A stretch of DNA of 64,000 nucleotides from Bacillota bacterium (GTDB lineage: Bacteria; Bacillota; Clostridia; Christensenellales; SZUA-584): positions 4,054 through 68,053 of the forward strand of contig JAEYPS010000010.1 in the NCBI GenBank assembly GCA_023410475.1, in the 5' to 3' direction. Shown one piece after another: positions 47,889 through 57,729 of this stretch; position 1 is the first letter of the stretch, and each line of letters opens with the position of its first letter. The position numbers and the translations under genes were made by a program. The notes beneath the pieces were generated by a model that saw only the letters and a list, made by a program, of their open reading frames with translations, was not told the origin of the DNA and did not search any database.

Positions 47889-48968
47889 ATGCATCTTGAC
47901 AGCCTTGTACTGAAAAACTACAGAAGCTATGAAACGCTGAGCGTAAAGTTTTCGGGCGGAATAAACATACTGCAGGGAAAAAACGCCGCGGGAAAGACGA
48001 ATGTGCTGGAGGCCATAGGCTTTTTGAGTTTCGGCAAGTCGTTTCGCACTCAGAGAGACACCGAGTGCATACGCGAGGGGCAGCAGAGCGCATACGTAAA
48101 GGGCGCCGTTACGCGCGCCCAGGGCCAGCTTTTCGTGGAGGCGCTGCTGTCAGCGGAGGATAAAAAGAGCCTTAAAGTAAACTCGGAGCCCGCAAGGCGC
48201 ATGGGAGAGCTTTTCGGAAACTTCATAGCGGTAGTGTTCTCACCCGAGGATATAAAGGTGCTCAAAGAGTCGCCGTCGCTGCGCCGCAGGTTCGTGGACA
48301 TGGAGATATCGAAGCTAAGGCCCGCTTATTTCTTTGAGCTTCAGGAATACCAGAAGGCGCTCGCGCAGAAGAACGCGCTGTTGAAGTCGAAGATAAAAGA
48401 GGAGCAGCTCAAAAAACTGGTGTCTATATACAACGAGCAGCTCTGCGCGCACGGAGAGAAGATTATACGTGCGAGGCAGGAGTTTTTAGGGAGAATAGGC
48501 GCGATTAGCCGCGACATACACAGCAGCCTTTCGGGAGGAGAAGCGCTGTCTCTCAAATACAAGGCGAGCGTGCCCGTGGACGGAAATGTAAAGCAAGCGC
48601 TGTACGACAGGATGGACAAATCGCTTACCTCCGAGATAGAGCAGGGCTTTACATTATACGGGCCTCACAGGGAGGACATAGCGGTACACCTTGAGGGAGC
48701 GGAGATAAAGGCGTATTCGTCGCAGGGCCAGATAAGGACTGCTATGCTGTCGCTTAAGCTCGCGACGCTTGAGGCCGCGAACGCCGATTTCGGCGAGAGC
48801 GCCGTGCTGCTGCTCGACGACGTGTTCTCCGAGCTCGACGAAGCAAGGCAGGCTGCGCTTTTGGAGCGCATAAAGGGAGCGCAGTGTTTTATAACAACTG
48901 CGACGCCCGTCAAGAAGCCCATCGGAAAGGTGTATACAGTCGCGCAGGGCACGGTAACGGAGCGATAG
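47889..48968 (+). CDS. recF: DNA replication and repair protein RecF
   Basis: Walker A GKNAAGKTNVLEAI, signature SQGQIRTAMLSLKLA, Walker B LLLDDVFSELD. Confidence 0.95.
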   Translation: MHLDSLVLKNYRSYETLSVKFSGGINILQGKNAAGKTNVLEAIGFLSFGKSFRTQRDTECIREGQQSAYVKGAVTRAQGQLFVEALLSAEDKKSLKVNSEPARRMGELFGNFIAVVFSPEDIKVLKESPSLRRRFVDMEISKLRPAYFFELQEYQKALAQKNALLKSKIKEEQLKKLVSIYNEQLCAHGEKIIRARQEFLGRIGAISRDIHSSLSGGEALSLKYKASVPVDGNVKQALYDRMDKSLTSEIEQGFTLYGPHREDIAVHLEGAEIKAYSSQGQIRTAMLSLKLATLEAANADFGESAVLLLDDVFSELDEARQAALLERIKGAQCFITTATPVKKPIGKVYTVAQGTVTER

Positions 48969-49049
48969 AAGTAATAGGAAAAAGCCGGAAGACAGCAAAA
49001 GCGGGCGTCCACAGTCCGCCCCTACGGTAAACGGAGATATTGAGGATAC

Positions 49050-49748
49050 TCAGACGATGTTCGTCATTATAAAGCCAAGGCACAACCCAAGCAGGGCGAA
49101 GAACGCCTTGTTTTTTTTGCCCGCGGCGGGGATTAGCTCTTTGAGTGAGATATAAAGCATAGCGCCGCCCGCGAACGATATGCACAGCGCTATCATCTCT
49201 GTCGAGATGCTGCCGACAGCCGTTCCGAGCACAGCGCCGACGGCAGTGGGCAGCCCCGTCAGCAGCGCGAGCGAGATAACCTTAATAATCGGCATTCCCG
49301 ACAGGCGCAGCGGCAGGCACACCGCTATGCCCTCGGGAATGTTGTGCACGAGCATCAGCAGCGAAAGCGATATCGCGAGCCGCCTGCTCTCCACGAGCGT
49401 TGAGCCTATAGCCAGCCCTTCGGGCAGGTTGTGAAACGCTATGCCTATGAGTACGAGCAGGCCCATCTTGTACATCGTTTTCGAATCGTCGTCCGAAAAC
49501 AGCGGAGACAGCAGCGCAAACACTCCCCCTCCTATCACCGCTCCGCCCGCCATAACGACGATCCCCGACAGCTGGGCGCTCTCGATAAGCATATCGAAGA
49601 ACACGACGGCGATCATCATCCCGCCCGCGACGGCGAGGAACGGCCGGGGCTCGCTAACTCTTTTTCCTATGATCATAGCGATAACGCCGCCGAGCGCCGT
49701 GCCCGCCGCGCCTACAACGCCGCCGATTATCCCGCTTTGTATGTACAT
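49050..49748 (-). CDS. zupT: ZIP-family zinc/metal transporter
   Basis: HNLPEGLAIG and HNIPEGIAV motifs; 8 TMs. Confidence 0.88.
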   Translation of the reverse strand: MYIQSGIIGGVVGAAGTALGGVIAMIIGKRVSEPRPFLAVAGGMMIAVVFFDMLIESAQLSGIVVMAGGAVIGGGVFALLSPLFSDDDSKTMYKMGLLVLIGIAFHNLPEGLAIGSTLVESRRLAISLSLLMLVHNIPEGIAVCLPLRLSGMPIIKVISLALLTGLPTAVGAVLGTAVGSISTEMIALCISFAGGAMLYISLKELIPAAGKKNKAFFALLGLCLGFIMTNIV

Positions 49749-50147
49749 AAAAATAAACCTTTCGAGTGGCTATTGTTATGTATACGCGGGGAGAGAAGGA
49801 GGATATGCAAATGATGGTATGAAATGTGCATAAGGAATTGTGATAAGCAATGCCGCGTTCTTTGAGTTATTGGCAATAACGATACTGTGCGGTAAAGCGC
49901 CGCATAGAGAGAAGCGCCCTTCTGTTTGACAGGGTTTTTGGGCCAAAGATGACGAACCTCATGGATGGATTTTTCGAAAAGGAATCGTAGTTTGCGGTCT
50001 CTAAGCAGTGTGTAGGCTGCGAAATTTGCGCATATATAAACCCGGCTGTGCCTCTGAAGGATATAATTTGCATGGCGGAGCAGAGCAGAGAATAAGGCTG
50101 AAGATATATAATTGGTTTTAATCTGTTAAATAGCGCTTGTAATATTG

Positions 50148-50696
50148 CTATGCAAAATTCGAGATATGCTCCCGTATGAACGCAGCGCATAGCGCCTCTA
50201 AGTTCTCGGTTTCATAAACAGAATAAAACGAGCTGTCGGTGTCATCGAACGGATAATGCTCATATGTTCGCGCGTATTCTTCTTCCGTTTCTGCAGCAAA
50301 CCGGCCGAGATCCGAAACATCGATGCTATGCTTGCTGACAAAATCAGAAAAAAGCGCTTGCGTTTTCAGAGCGCCTATTTCTTTGAGAGCGTCCGCAAGA
50401 TAAGGGGCTGTAAAGCGGCTTGTGTTGCTAAAGTACTGGAGCAGTCCGCCGTTCTGGAGTTCCATATCGAACCGCGCTATAGTATAGGCGGCGCGCTGAG
50501 CATCATTAAGCGACTCAAGCGCTCCGCTGTCTTCGGTGGCGTTGCCGCCCGAGTCTGTCCTCACAATGACGGCCATAACGAGATCGGCGTCGGAGAGCTC
50601 AAGCAGCTTGTCAGCGGTCATGCTCTCGAATTCTTTAAAAGCGCCCTTTGTGGCCGCCTTAAATATAAGAGAAGCTAAACGCGAAATTAACCCCAT
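50148..50696 (-). CDS. DUF4375 (DMP19-like) domain protein
   Basis: NGGLLQYFSN motif typical of DUF4375 (from memory). Confidence 0.5.
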   Translation of the reverse strand: MGLISRLASLIFKAATKGAFKEFESMTADKLLELSDADLVMAVIVRTDSGGNATEDSGALESLNDAQRAAYTIARFDMELQNGGLLQYFSNTSRFTAPYLADALKEIGALKTQALFSDFVSKHSIDVSDLGRFAAETEEEYARTYEHYPFDDTDSSFYSVYETENLEALCAAFIREHISNFA

Positions 50697-50723
50697 TCCC
50701 TGACCTCACTTGAATGATTAAAC

Positions 50724-51194
50724 CTATGTTCTTTTGAACAGCTTATCTTTATGTTTACGAAGAGCAATAAAAAACGGGATGCCCAGCACATAGCAGGCGA
50801 TCACCTGCCCGATGGCGACCCATAGCACCGATTCCCAATACAGCAGATTAAGGTAGTGGTTCAGTATCCCGGCTACCACAAAAGCGTTTATGACGACGGC
50901 AGGCAGAGGAAGCAGCCATTTATTTTTTATTATCCTTGCTATGAGCGCCGCCGCAAGAGTTGCGAGAGAGCCGAATATGATATCGTACGGCCCTAAAGGC
51001 GTGCCTGCGAGGTTTGCGAGAAGGCATCCGGCAAACAGGCCGGGTATAGCCGCCGGTGTGAAGAACGGAAGCACGCACAGCGCCTCGGATATACGCACCT
51101 GCAGCTGTCCGTAGCTGAAGGGGTTTATTATCGTGAGCACGAAATACAGCGCCGCTATTATGCCCGCCTCGGCGATGAAACGGGCTGAGAACAT
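50724..51194 (-). CDS. queT: Queuosine precursor transporter QueT
   Basis: About 155-aa 5-TM protein; N-terminus FIAEAGIIAALYFVLT..FSYGQLQVRISEAL is typical of QueT. ATG 51194 lies behind AGGGG. Confidence 0.75.
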   Translation of the reverse strand: MFSARFIAEAGIIAALYFVLTIINPFSYGQLQVRISEALCVLPFFTPAAIPGLFAGCLLANLAGTPLGPYDIIFGSLATLAAALIARIIKNKWLLPLPAVVINAFVVAGILNHYLNLLYWESVLWVAIGQVIACYVLGIPFFIALRKHKDKLFKRT

Positions 51195-51207
51195 TTTACC
51201 CCTCATG

Positions 51208-53625
51208 CTATGCCACCACGATGTTCGCTATTTTGCCGGGGATTATTATAACCTTTTTAACAGCTTTTCCGGCCAACAGCGAACTCAGCTCTTGCGTTTC
51301 CATTATGTGCTTTTCTATGTCATCTTTCGAAGCGCTCGATGAAACGCAGAACGTCGCGCGCAGCTTTCCGTTTATCTGAAGAGGCATCTCAACAGTGTCG
51401 ACCAGCAGTGCGCACTCGTCGACAGCTGGGTATTCGGCGTCGAACACGGAATACTTACCGCCAAGTACTTCCCACAACTCTTCGGCGAAATGCGGCGCGA
51501 ACGGTGCTATTAGGCGTATCAGTGCGTTAGCTGCGTTTGCGGAAACCTCTTTGTCGGGCGAGGCGTCTACGTATTTATAAAGAGCGTTAGTGAACTCCAT
51601 GAGCCGCGCTATCGCCGTGTTGAACTGGAATATCTCGATGTCGGCGCACATGTGCTTTATGCAGTAGTTCTGCGCGTACAGCAGTTCGGCCTTGCCCTTG
51701 TCGCTCGTCTCTTTAACGTCCTTGAGGCGCAGCACTATGCGCTCCACGCGCTCTAAAAACTTAGCTACGGAGCGTATGCCGTCCTCGTTCCACGGGCCGC
51801 CCTCTATATAAGAGAACCCGAAGCCGAGGTAAGTCCTGAATACGTCGCTTCCAAATTTACTTATATATTCGTCGGGCGATATCACGTTGCCTCTCGACTT
51901 GCTCATGCGCAGCCCGTCGGGGCCGAGTATCGTGCCCTGGTGTACGAGCGAAGTGAACGGCTCCTCGAAATCGAGGTACCCCATGTCATGAAGCGCCATC
52001 GTGAAGAAGCGCGCGTAGAGAAGGTGCATACACGCGTGCTCGGAGCCGCCTATGTATTTGTCGACCGGCAGCATCTTGTTTATCCACTCGGAGTCGAACG
52101 GCTTATCGTCGTTTTTGTTGTCGGGATAGCGCAGGAAATACCACGACGAGCATACGAACGTGTCCATCGTGTCCGCGTCACGCTTGGCGAGCCCGCCGCA
52201 CTGCGGGCATACCGCGTTTAAAAACGACTCGGACTTTAGCAGCGGAGACGTTCCGTCCGGTGTGAAGTCTACATCGTAGGGCAGCTTTACCGGAAGCTCG
52301 CTCTCGGGCACGGCGACCTCGCCGCACTTTTCGCAGTATACGATGGGTATGGGCGTACCCCAATAGCGCTGGCGCGATATAAGCCAGTCTCTGAGACGGT
52401 AGTTTATCTTGAAGTCTCCCGCGCCTGATCTCTTAAGCTTTTCTATTATGGCCTTCTTGCCCTCTTCGGCAGGCAGGCCGTCGAACTCACCGCTGCTTAC
52501 CATAACGCCGTACTCTACGTAAGGCAGATTATCGCTGCCGCCGTCCTTCGCCTTTATCACTCGCTCTATAGGAAGCTCATACTTCTTTGCGAACTCGAAG
52601 TCTCTCTCGTCGTGAGCGGGCACTGCCATGACCGCGCCCGTGCCGTAGGTGGCGAGAACATAGTCGGCTGCGTATATGGGTATGCGCCTTCCGTTTATCG
52701 GGTTTATGGCGTATGCGCCCGTGAACACGCCCGTCTTTTCACGAGTGGTAGAAAGGCGGTCTATCTCGCTGGCGCGAGCGGCGCTCTCTATGTATTCTTC
52801 GACAGCCGCTTTATGTTCGGGCGTGGTTATCTTCAGTGTTAAAGGGTGCTCGGGAGCGAGCACGGCGTACGTGCAGCCAAAAAGCGTGTCCGCGCGTGTC
52901 GTGAACACGGTGAACTCCCCGCCGCCCTCTATGCTGAACGTTATCTCTCCGCCGACAGACTTTCCTATCCAGTTTCTTTGCATCGTCTTTGTCTTCTCGG
53001 GCCAATCCAGGTTATCGAGACCGTCAAGCAGACGCTCAGCGTAGTCCGTTATCTTAAAAAACCACTGCGTTAAGTTCTTGCGCGCCACCGATGTGTCGCA
53101 GCGCTCGCAGCAGCCGTTTATAACCTGCTCGTTGGCGAGCACAGTGTTGCAGCACGTGCACCAGTTCACCGGCGCTTCCTTCCTGTAGGCGAGCCCTGTT
53201 TTGTAGAGCTGCAAAAAGCACCACTGCGTCCACTTATAGTAATCGGGCAGGCACGTCTTTATCTCGTAATCCCAGTCAAACATCGCGCCCATGGCACGGA
53301 GCTGCTTCTCCATTGTCTCTATATTCGAGAGCGTGGAATCTTCGGGGTGTATGCCCGTCTTTATGGCGTAGTTTTCGGCGGGCAGGCCGAACGCGTCGAA
53401 GCCCATGGGCTGGAATATCTCATAGCCCTTCATGCGCATATAGCGCGCGTACGAGTCGGAAAGTCCGTAGTTATACCAGTGGCCGACGTGAAGCTTCGCT
53501 CCCGACGGGTACGAGAACATCTCGAGCACGTACTTCTTTTTATCCGCGCGCGACTTATCGAACCTGTAAAGCCCCGTTTCGTCCCACTTCTTCTGCCACT
53601 TCTTTTCTGTCTTAAGAAAATCCAT
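51208..53625 (-). CDS. leuS: Leucine--tRNA ligase
   Basis: 805 aa; HIGH-type motif [13 protein letters not shown]-type [10 protein letters not shown]1 editing domain. Confidence 0.97.
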   Translation of the reverse strand: MDFLKTEKKWQKKWDETGLYRFDKSRADKKKYVLEMFSYPSGAKLHVGHWYNYGLSDSYARYMRMKGYEIFQPMGFDAFGLPAENYAIKTGIHPEDSTLSNIETMEKQLRAMGAMFDWDYEIKTCLPDYYKWTQWCFLQLYKTGLAYRKEAPVNWCTCCNTVLANEQVINGCCERCDTSVARKNLTQWFFKITDYAERLLDGLDNLDWPEKTKTMQRNWIGKSVGGEITFSIEGGGEFTVFTTRADTLFGCTYAVLAPEHPLTLKITTPEHKAAVEEYIESAARASEIDRLSTTREKTGVFTGAYAINPINGRRIPIYAADYVLATYGTGAVMAVPAHDERDFEFAKKYELPIERVIKAKDGGSDNLPYVEYGVMVSSGEFDGLPAEEGKKAIIEKLKRSGAGDFKINYRLRDWLISRQRYWGTPIPIVYCEKCGEVAVPESELPVKLPYDVDFTPDGTSPLLKSESFLNAVCPQCGGLAKRDADTMDTFVCSSWYFLRYPDNKNDDKPFDSEWINKMLPVDKYIGGSEHACMHLLYARFFTMALHDMGYLDFEEPFTSLVHQGTILGPDGLRMSKSRGNVISPDEYISKFGSDVFRTYLGFGFSYIEGGPWNEDGIRSVAKFLERVERIVLRLKDVKETSDKGKAELLYAQNYCIKHMCADIEIFQFNTAIARLMEFTNALYKYVDASPDKEVSANAANALIRLIAPFAPHFAEELWEVLGGKYSVFDAEYPAVDECALLVDTVEMPLQINGKLRATFCVSSSASKDDIEKHIMETQELSSLLAGKAVKKVIIIPGKIANIVVA

Positions 53626-53869
53626 ATATGTCTCCTGACTGTTTTTAAGTCATTATTACTTATTAATTATTTTTAATTATAACGATTTGTGCTTTATCTA
53701 GACGATAAAGTCTATGTGTTTTAGTGGTCCTGTCATTTTTGCCAATACTGCTCCACCAAAAATTACCACGATAGCTGGTTTTTACTCTTAAAAGGCTAAA
53801 TATGCTTCTATAATTATTGTTTTATCAAACATTCCTGTTAGCTTTATTTATTATTTTATAGCGCTCTAC

Positions 53870-53898
53870 ATTATATAACAACGAGATAATCTAGTCAA
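53870..53898 (-). promoter_or_regulatory. Consensus sigmaA promoter of leuS
   Basis: Minus strand TTGACT (53898-53893), 17 nt, TATAAT (53875-53870). Confidence 0.65.
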
Positions 53899-53960
53899 AA
53901 TAGAATTATGAAAGTGCAGGGAATGGTTTTTGATCTTACATGCGGGCTTATGGTTTATTT

Positions 53961-54581
53961 TCATGGAGCCTCACCCCAAACATTCTTATCTATTAAGTAT
54001 ATGCTTTCGGCCGTTTCTTTCTTAGTAAAATTGCTTGGCAATTCTTCATATTTCGCAGCTATTCTGACAGGTATTATTGCAGCGTCAAAGCTCCATATTT
54101 CATTACTACACCCTAATAACGCATACCAAGGTTTCCCGTCCGTACCTTCATTAGTTAAATAAACTCCGGTCTCACTAAAGTGTTCTGAAAACAACGTCAT
54201 AATATTTAAGAGGGGGATTTTAACATCATTCTTAATTCTATATGGTTCATAATCGATTGTGATCTCTTCTGTGTAAAACAATAATTCTGTTTGCAACCAT
54301 GGCTCTTTTATTTCACGCATCATTTGAGGTGTCCAGCCTATAGCAAAGGGTCTGATGTTGAGTACTATACCATTAAGATTAATTTTCACCGTTTCAGCAT
54401 TACATCCGGAGTATACAAACCCGTCATCAAAAATATTCCAATCGAGTCCATCAAAGCTGTCTGCTAAATACTTTTCATCAAACCCGATTTGAGCCAGCAA
54501 GTTTTTAAATCGAGATAGTGTTGAAGTATAGCTGTCTTTATCACATTTTACGTATGTTTGAATTTGAGAGTATTCAGGCAC
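53961..54581 (-). CDS. Hypothetical protein (low-GC orphan)
   Basis: 206-aa ORF; no recognisable motif. Markedly AT-rich relative to ispDF and leuS. Confidence 0.6.
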   Translation of the reverse strand: MPEYSQIQTYVKCDKDSYTSTLSRFKNLLAQIGFDEKYLADSFDGLDWNIFDDGFVYSGCNAETVKINLNGIVLNIRPFAIGWTPQMMREIKEPWLQTELLFYTEEITIDYEPYRIKNDVKIPLLNIMTLFSEHFSETGVYLTNEGTDGKPWYALLGCSNEIWSFDAAIIPVRIAAKYEELPSNFTKKETAESIYLIDKNVWGEAP

Positions 54582-54635
54582 GGTAACACCTTCTTTGTTT
54601 TATTTTGCAGCTAAACTTGTTAAGGTCACCATATA

Positions 54636-55772
54636 CTATCTTACAAGCGTCGCCGCGGCCATAGCAGAGACTCCCTCGCCTCGCCCCTCAAAGCCCATTC
54701 CTTCCGTAGTCTTTGCCTTTACGCTCACTGCTTCCGTATCTATGCCGAGCGCCGAAGCTATGTTTTTCCTCATCTCGATTATGTAAGGAGCGAGGCGCGG
54801 CTGCTGCATTACGACAGTCGAGTCTATGTTTACTATCTCGTAGCCTCTTTCGGCTATTATATTACGAGTCCGTTTCAGAAGCTCGATACTGCTTATACCG
54901 CGGAATTCGTCTGTGCACGGAAAATGCGTCCCTATATCGCCTGCGGCGGCTGCGCCCAGCAGCGCGTCTGTTATCGCGTGCAGCAGCACATCCGCGTCGC
55001 TGTGGCCGAGAAGCCCCTTTTCAAAGGGTATGTCAACGCCTCCGAGAATAAGCGGCAGCCCCGCTTCCAGCCTGTGAGCGTCATAGCCCGTGCCCGTCCT
55101 CGTCTGTTGGCCCGCTATCGCCCTGCCGTACATCAGGTCTTCCTGCGTCGTTATCTTGATGTTATCGTAGCGTGCCTCCACAAAGCTGACAGAAACACCC
55201 ATCCTCTCGAGAAGTACGCAGTCGTCCGTGCCCACGAAGCCGTCCTCGCCGGCCCTCCTGTGTGCGCTCAGAAGCAGGTCATATCTAAACGCCTGTGGCG
55301 TCTGTATGTTTACGAGCTTATCCCTGTCGAGTGTGTCGGCGATCACGCCTTCCTCCACGACCTTTATAGTGTCTTTAGCCCTGACGCCCGCAGCCGCGGC
55401 TCCCGTCTCATAAGCCTTTTCCACGCACGCCCTTATAACGGAAGGGTCAACAAAGCATCTCGCTCCGTCGTGCACGGCAACGACGTCGGCATCCTTGGCA
55501 CGGGTAAGAGCGTTCCAAACGGAGAACTGGCGCTCGCTGCCCCCTTCCACTATTTCATAGGGTATACTGAGCGTTTTATTTGCCGCAGTATCGACGTCCC
55601 CTATGTCCTGCTTTCTGCAGACTATTATTACACGGTCAAAGCATACCGCGTTTTCAAATGCCAAAAGCGAGCGCTCAAGAACCGTCCTGCCCCCTATGGC
55701 TATCTGCATTTTGTTCTGGCCCATGCGCGTTGAGCTTCCCGCGGCAAGCACAATACCGACTGTGTTACGCAT
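54636..55772 (-). CDS. ispDF: Bifunctional IspD/IspF (MEP cytidylyltransferase / MEcPP synthase)
   Basis: N-terminal Isp[16 protein letters not shown]-terminal Isp[10 protein letters not shown]...[19 protein letters not shown]. Confidence 0.93.
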   Translation of the reverse strand: MRNTVGIVLAAGSSTRMGQNKMQIAIGGRTVLERSLLAFENAVCFDRVIIVCRKQDIGDVDTAANKTLSIPYEIVEGGSERQFSVWNALTRAKDADVVAVHDGARCFVDPSVIRACVEKAYETGAAAAGVRAKDTIKVVEEGVIADTLDRDKLVNIQTPQAFRYDLLLSAHRRAGEDGFVGTDDCVLLERMGVSVSFVEARYDNIKITTQEDLMYGRAIAGQQTRTGTGYDAHRLEAGLPLILGGVDIPFEKGLLGHSDADVLLHAITDALLGAAAAGDIGTHFPCTDEFRGISSIELLKRTRNIIAERGYEIVNIDSTVVMQQPRLAPYIIEMRKNIASALGIDTEAVSVKAKTTEGMGFEGRGEGVSAMAAATLVR

Positions 55773-56022
55773 TTCTTGACTCCTCTATCACTTCATACAT
55801 GCTGTCCGCTTCCTCCTTACGCACCGTCTCCGCGAGCTTTAACACCTTGACTTTAAGAGTAGCCGAGCCAAAGCGTATCTCTATTATATCGCCGATTTTG
55901 AGGTCTTTGCCTGCCTTGGCGGGGTTTGCGTTTACGGATACTCTCTGGCGGTCACAAGCCTCGCTCGCGACCGTGCGCCTTTTAATTATTCTTGATACCT
56001 TTAAAAATTTGTCGAGTCTCAT
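55765..56022 (-). CDS. S4-domain RNA-binding protein (YabO/RqcP-like)
   Basis: [20 protein letters not shown]4 motif. ATG 56022 lies behind AGAGG. Confidence 0.8.
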   Translation of the reverse strand: MRLDKFLKVSRIIKRRTVASEACDRQRVSVNANPAKAGKDLKIGDIIEIRFGSATLKVKVLKLAETVRKEEADSMYEVIEESRNA

Positions 56023-56140
56023 ATCACAACCTCTTTTCCGTAGTATTATAGCAAAAAAACAGGCCAAACGTAAATTTTATTTACTCAGTCTCTTAAACTT
56101 GCCTTAATTGAGTTAATTAAAATTTCTTAACTTGACTCTA

Positions 56141-56185
56141 TCAGACTATCGTGATAGTCTGACGGTAGACTATTATAATAGTCTG
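56141..56185. promoter_or_regulatory. Two tandem palindromic operator-like sites overlapping the promoter of the SIMPL gene
   Basis: TCAGACTATC-gt-GATAGTCTGA (56141-56162) and AGACTATTATAATAGTCT (56167-56184). TTGACT at 56132-56137 and TATAAT at 56174-56179. Confidence 0.55.
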
Positions 56186-56217
56186 AAACGAATATCAAAA
56201 AGCAGGGAGGAAAACAT

Positions 56218-56970
56218 ATGCAGAGCAAGAGTATCGCAATAATATTAAGCGTCTTGGCGGTGTTGACCGCTGTATTGCTGGCAGTCAATCTCATAGGTTT
56301 TAAGACCTCAGAAGCCGCCGTCCCCGTGTATGTGTCAGGCTCCGGCGAGGCCGCAGGCGATACTGTCAAGGTATACGGGCAGGGCAAGATATCCATTACG
56401 CCGGATCAGGCGACGATTACGTTCGGTTATAGGAATAAAAACGCCGATCCGCAAACCGCGCAGGAAGAGAACAAAGCGCAAATAAAGATGATTATCAGCG
56501 CTGTTAAAACGGCAGGCTTGGGTAACGCCGACCTTCAGACAATAAGCTATCAGGTATATCGGGATTGGGACAAAAAGTTTACCGTATTCAATATGATGCA
56601 GGTGAAGATAGGCGATATCGAAAAGACAAGCAGCATTATAAAGGCGGCGTATGACGCGGGCGCGAACGAGTTCTGGGATGTGCGGTTCGATATCATAAAG
56701 CGTCAGGAGGCATACACGGACGCGTTGCGCCTTGCAATGGGGCGCGCCAGAGAGAAGGCTGAAAAACTGGCAGCGGATGAAGGCCGTAAAATAGCGGGCG
56801 TAGTATCCGTCGAGGAAGGAACGCAGAGCAGCAGTTACTGGTATTCTTCGCCGTATACAAACTTCGTCGCGGAGCCGTCGTCTTCTTCGGGCGGCTATAC
56901 GGACGGCGGCATATCGTCGGGAGAGATGGAGATAAGCGCGATCGTAAACGTGACGTACCGTCTGGCATAA
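56218..56970 (+). CDS. SIMPL (DUF541) domain protein, membrane-anchored
   Basis: N-terminal TM, then GQGKISITPDQATITFG typical of SIMPL/26-kDa periplasmic immunogenic protein family. Confidence 0.75.
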   Translation: MQSKSIAIILSVLAVLTAVLLAVNLIGFKTSEAAVPVYVSGSGEAAGDTVKVYGQGKISITPDQATITFGYRNKNADPQTAQEENKAQIKMIISAVKTAGLGNADLQTISYQVYRDWDKKFTVFNMMQVKIGDIEKTSSIIKAAYDAGANEFWDVRFDIIKRQEAYTDALRLAMGRAREKAEKLAADEGRKIAGVVSVEEGTQSSSYWYSSPYTNFVAEPSSSSGGYTDGGISSGEMEISAIVNVTYRLA

Positions 56971-57094
56971 AGGCTTGCAGAGTCCCTTACCCTTCTGAAC
57001 AACCGATTTGATGCGGCTGACGGCTGGCGCGGAAACACCTTTCTCAAACAGGTGATAACGGGAAATATGGCAAGCGCATAGACCTGCTAAAAAA

Positions 57095-57113
57095 GCGCCC
57101 GAAGGCGCCTTTT
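57095..57113. terminator. Bidirectional intrinsic terminator
   Basis: AAAAAA-GCGCC-cgaa-GGCGC-CTTTT between convergent genes. Confidence 0.65.
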
Positions 57114-57205
57114 AAGCAGGCCTATAAATTATGTTGGTTGTTCTTATAATATATACCCCTGCGCTATGAACGATGTGTTAACGCAGCGTGTCTTTTTGTA
57201 AAAGC

Positions 57206-57664
57206 TTAAAGCTCTTTTATCATTGCGAGCCTGTCGTCGCCCGTGCCGTACTCGTCGAACGAGCCTTCCACAAGAGTAAACCCTAGTTTTTCGCGGTAGG
57301 TGGAAAGCGCCTTGAAGTTCGCGGGGTCTACTGTAAGCTGTATCGTCTCTATGCCGAGCTCGCTTATATCGGAGAACGCGTATTCGAGAAGCGCTACGCC
57401 TATGTCATACCCGGAAAATGCGGGCAGCACCGCGACGCTCAAAAGATATGCGACTCTGGGGTCTGTCATGTCGCGTATAAAGTAGGAGCTCGCTATTGGC
57501 TCGTCGTCCTCGTCGGCGGCGATGTATATCCTGCCGTGGCGCATGAGCGGTATCACTACGTGCTCGCTAAGAGCCCCGCTGCCGAACGCCGCCCTTTCAA
57601 TGCCCAGTATGTAATCGATCATATCGGGATCGGGCTTTTCCACCGCTTTGAATGTAATGGTCAT
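57206..57664 (-). CDS. GNAT-family N-acetyltransferase
   Basis: ATG 57664 lies behind GGAGG. GNAT core AVLPAFSGYDIGVALLEYA. Confidence 0.8.
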   Translation of the reverse strand: MTITFKAVEKPDPDMIDYILGIERAAFGSGALSEHVVIPLMRHGRIYIAADEDDEPIASSYFIRDMTDPRVAYLLSVAVLPAFSGYDIGVALLEYAFSDISELGIETIQLTVDPANFKALSTYREKLGFTLVEGSFDEYGTGDDRLAMIKEL

Positions 57665-57729
57665 AAATTCCTCCATAAAGTATTAAAAGATAACGCAGGC
57701 TGATATATTTATCAAACAAGCGTTGCTGT

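Noticed and set aside
47889-48968. recF is not flanked by dnaA, dnaN or gyrB, which could hint at a rearrangement.
   Set aside because: The gene is intact with normal motifs. A dispersed recF context is not evidence of anything unusual without comparative data.
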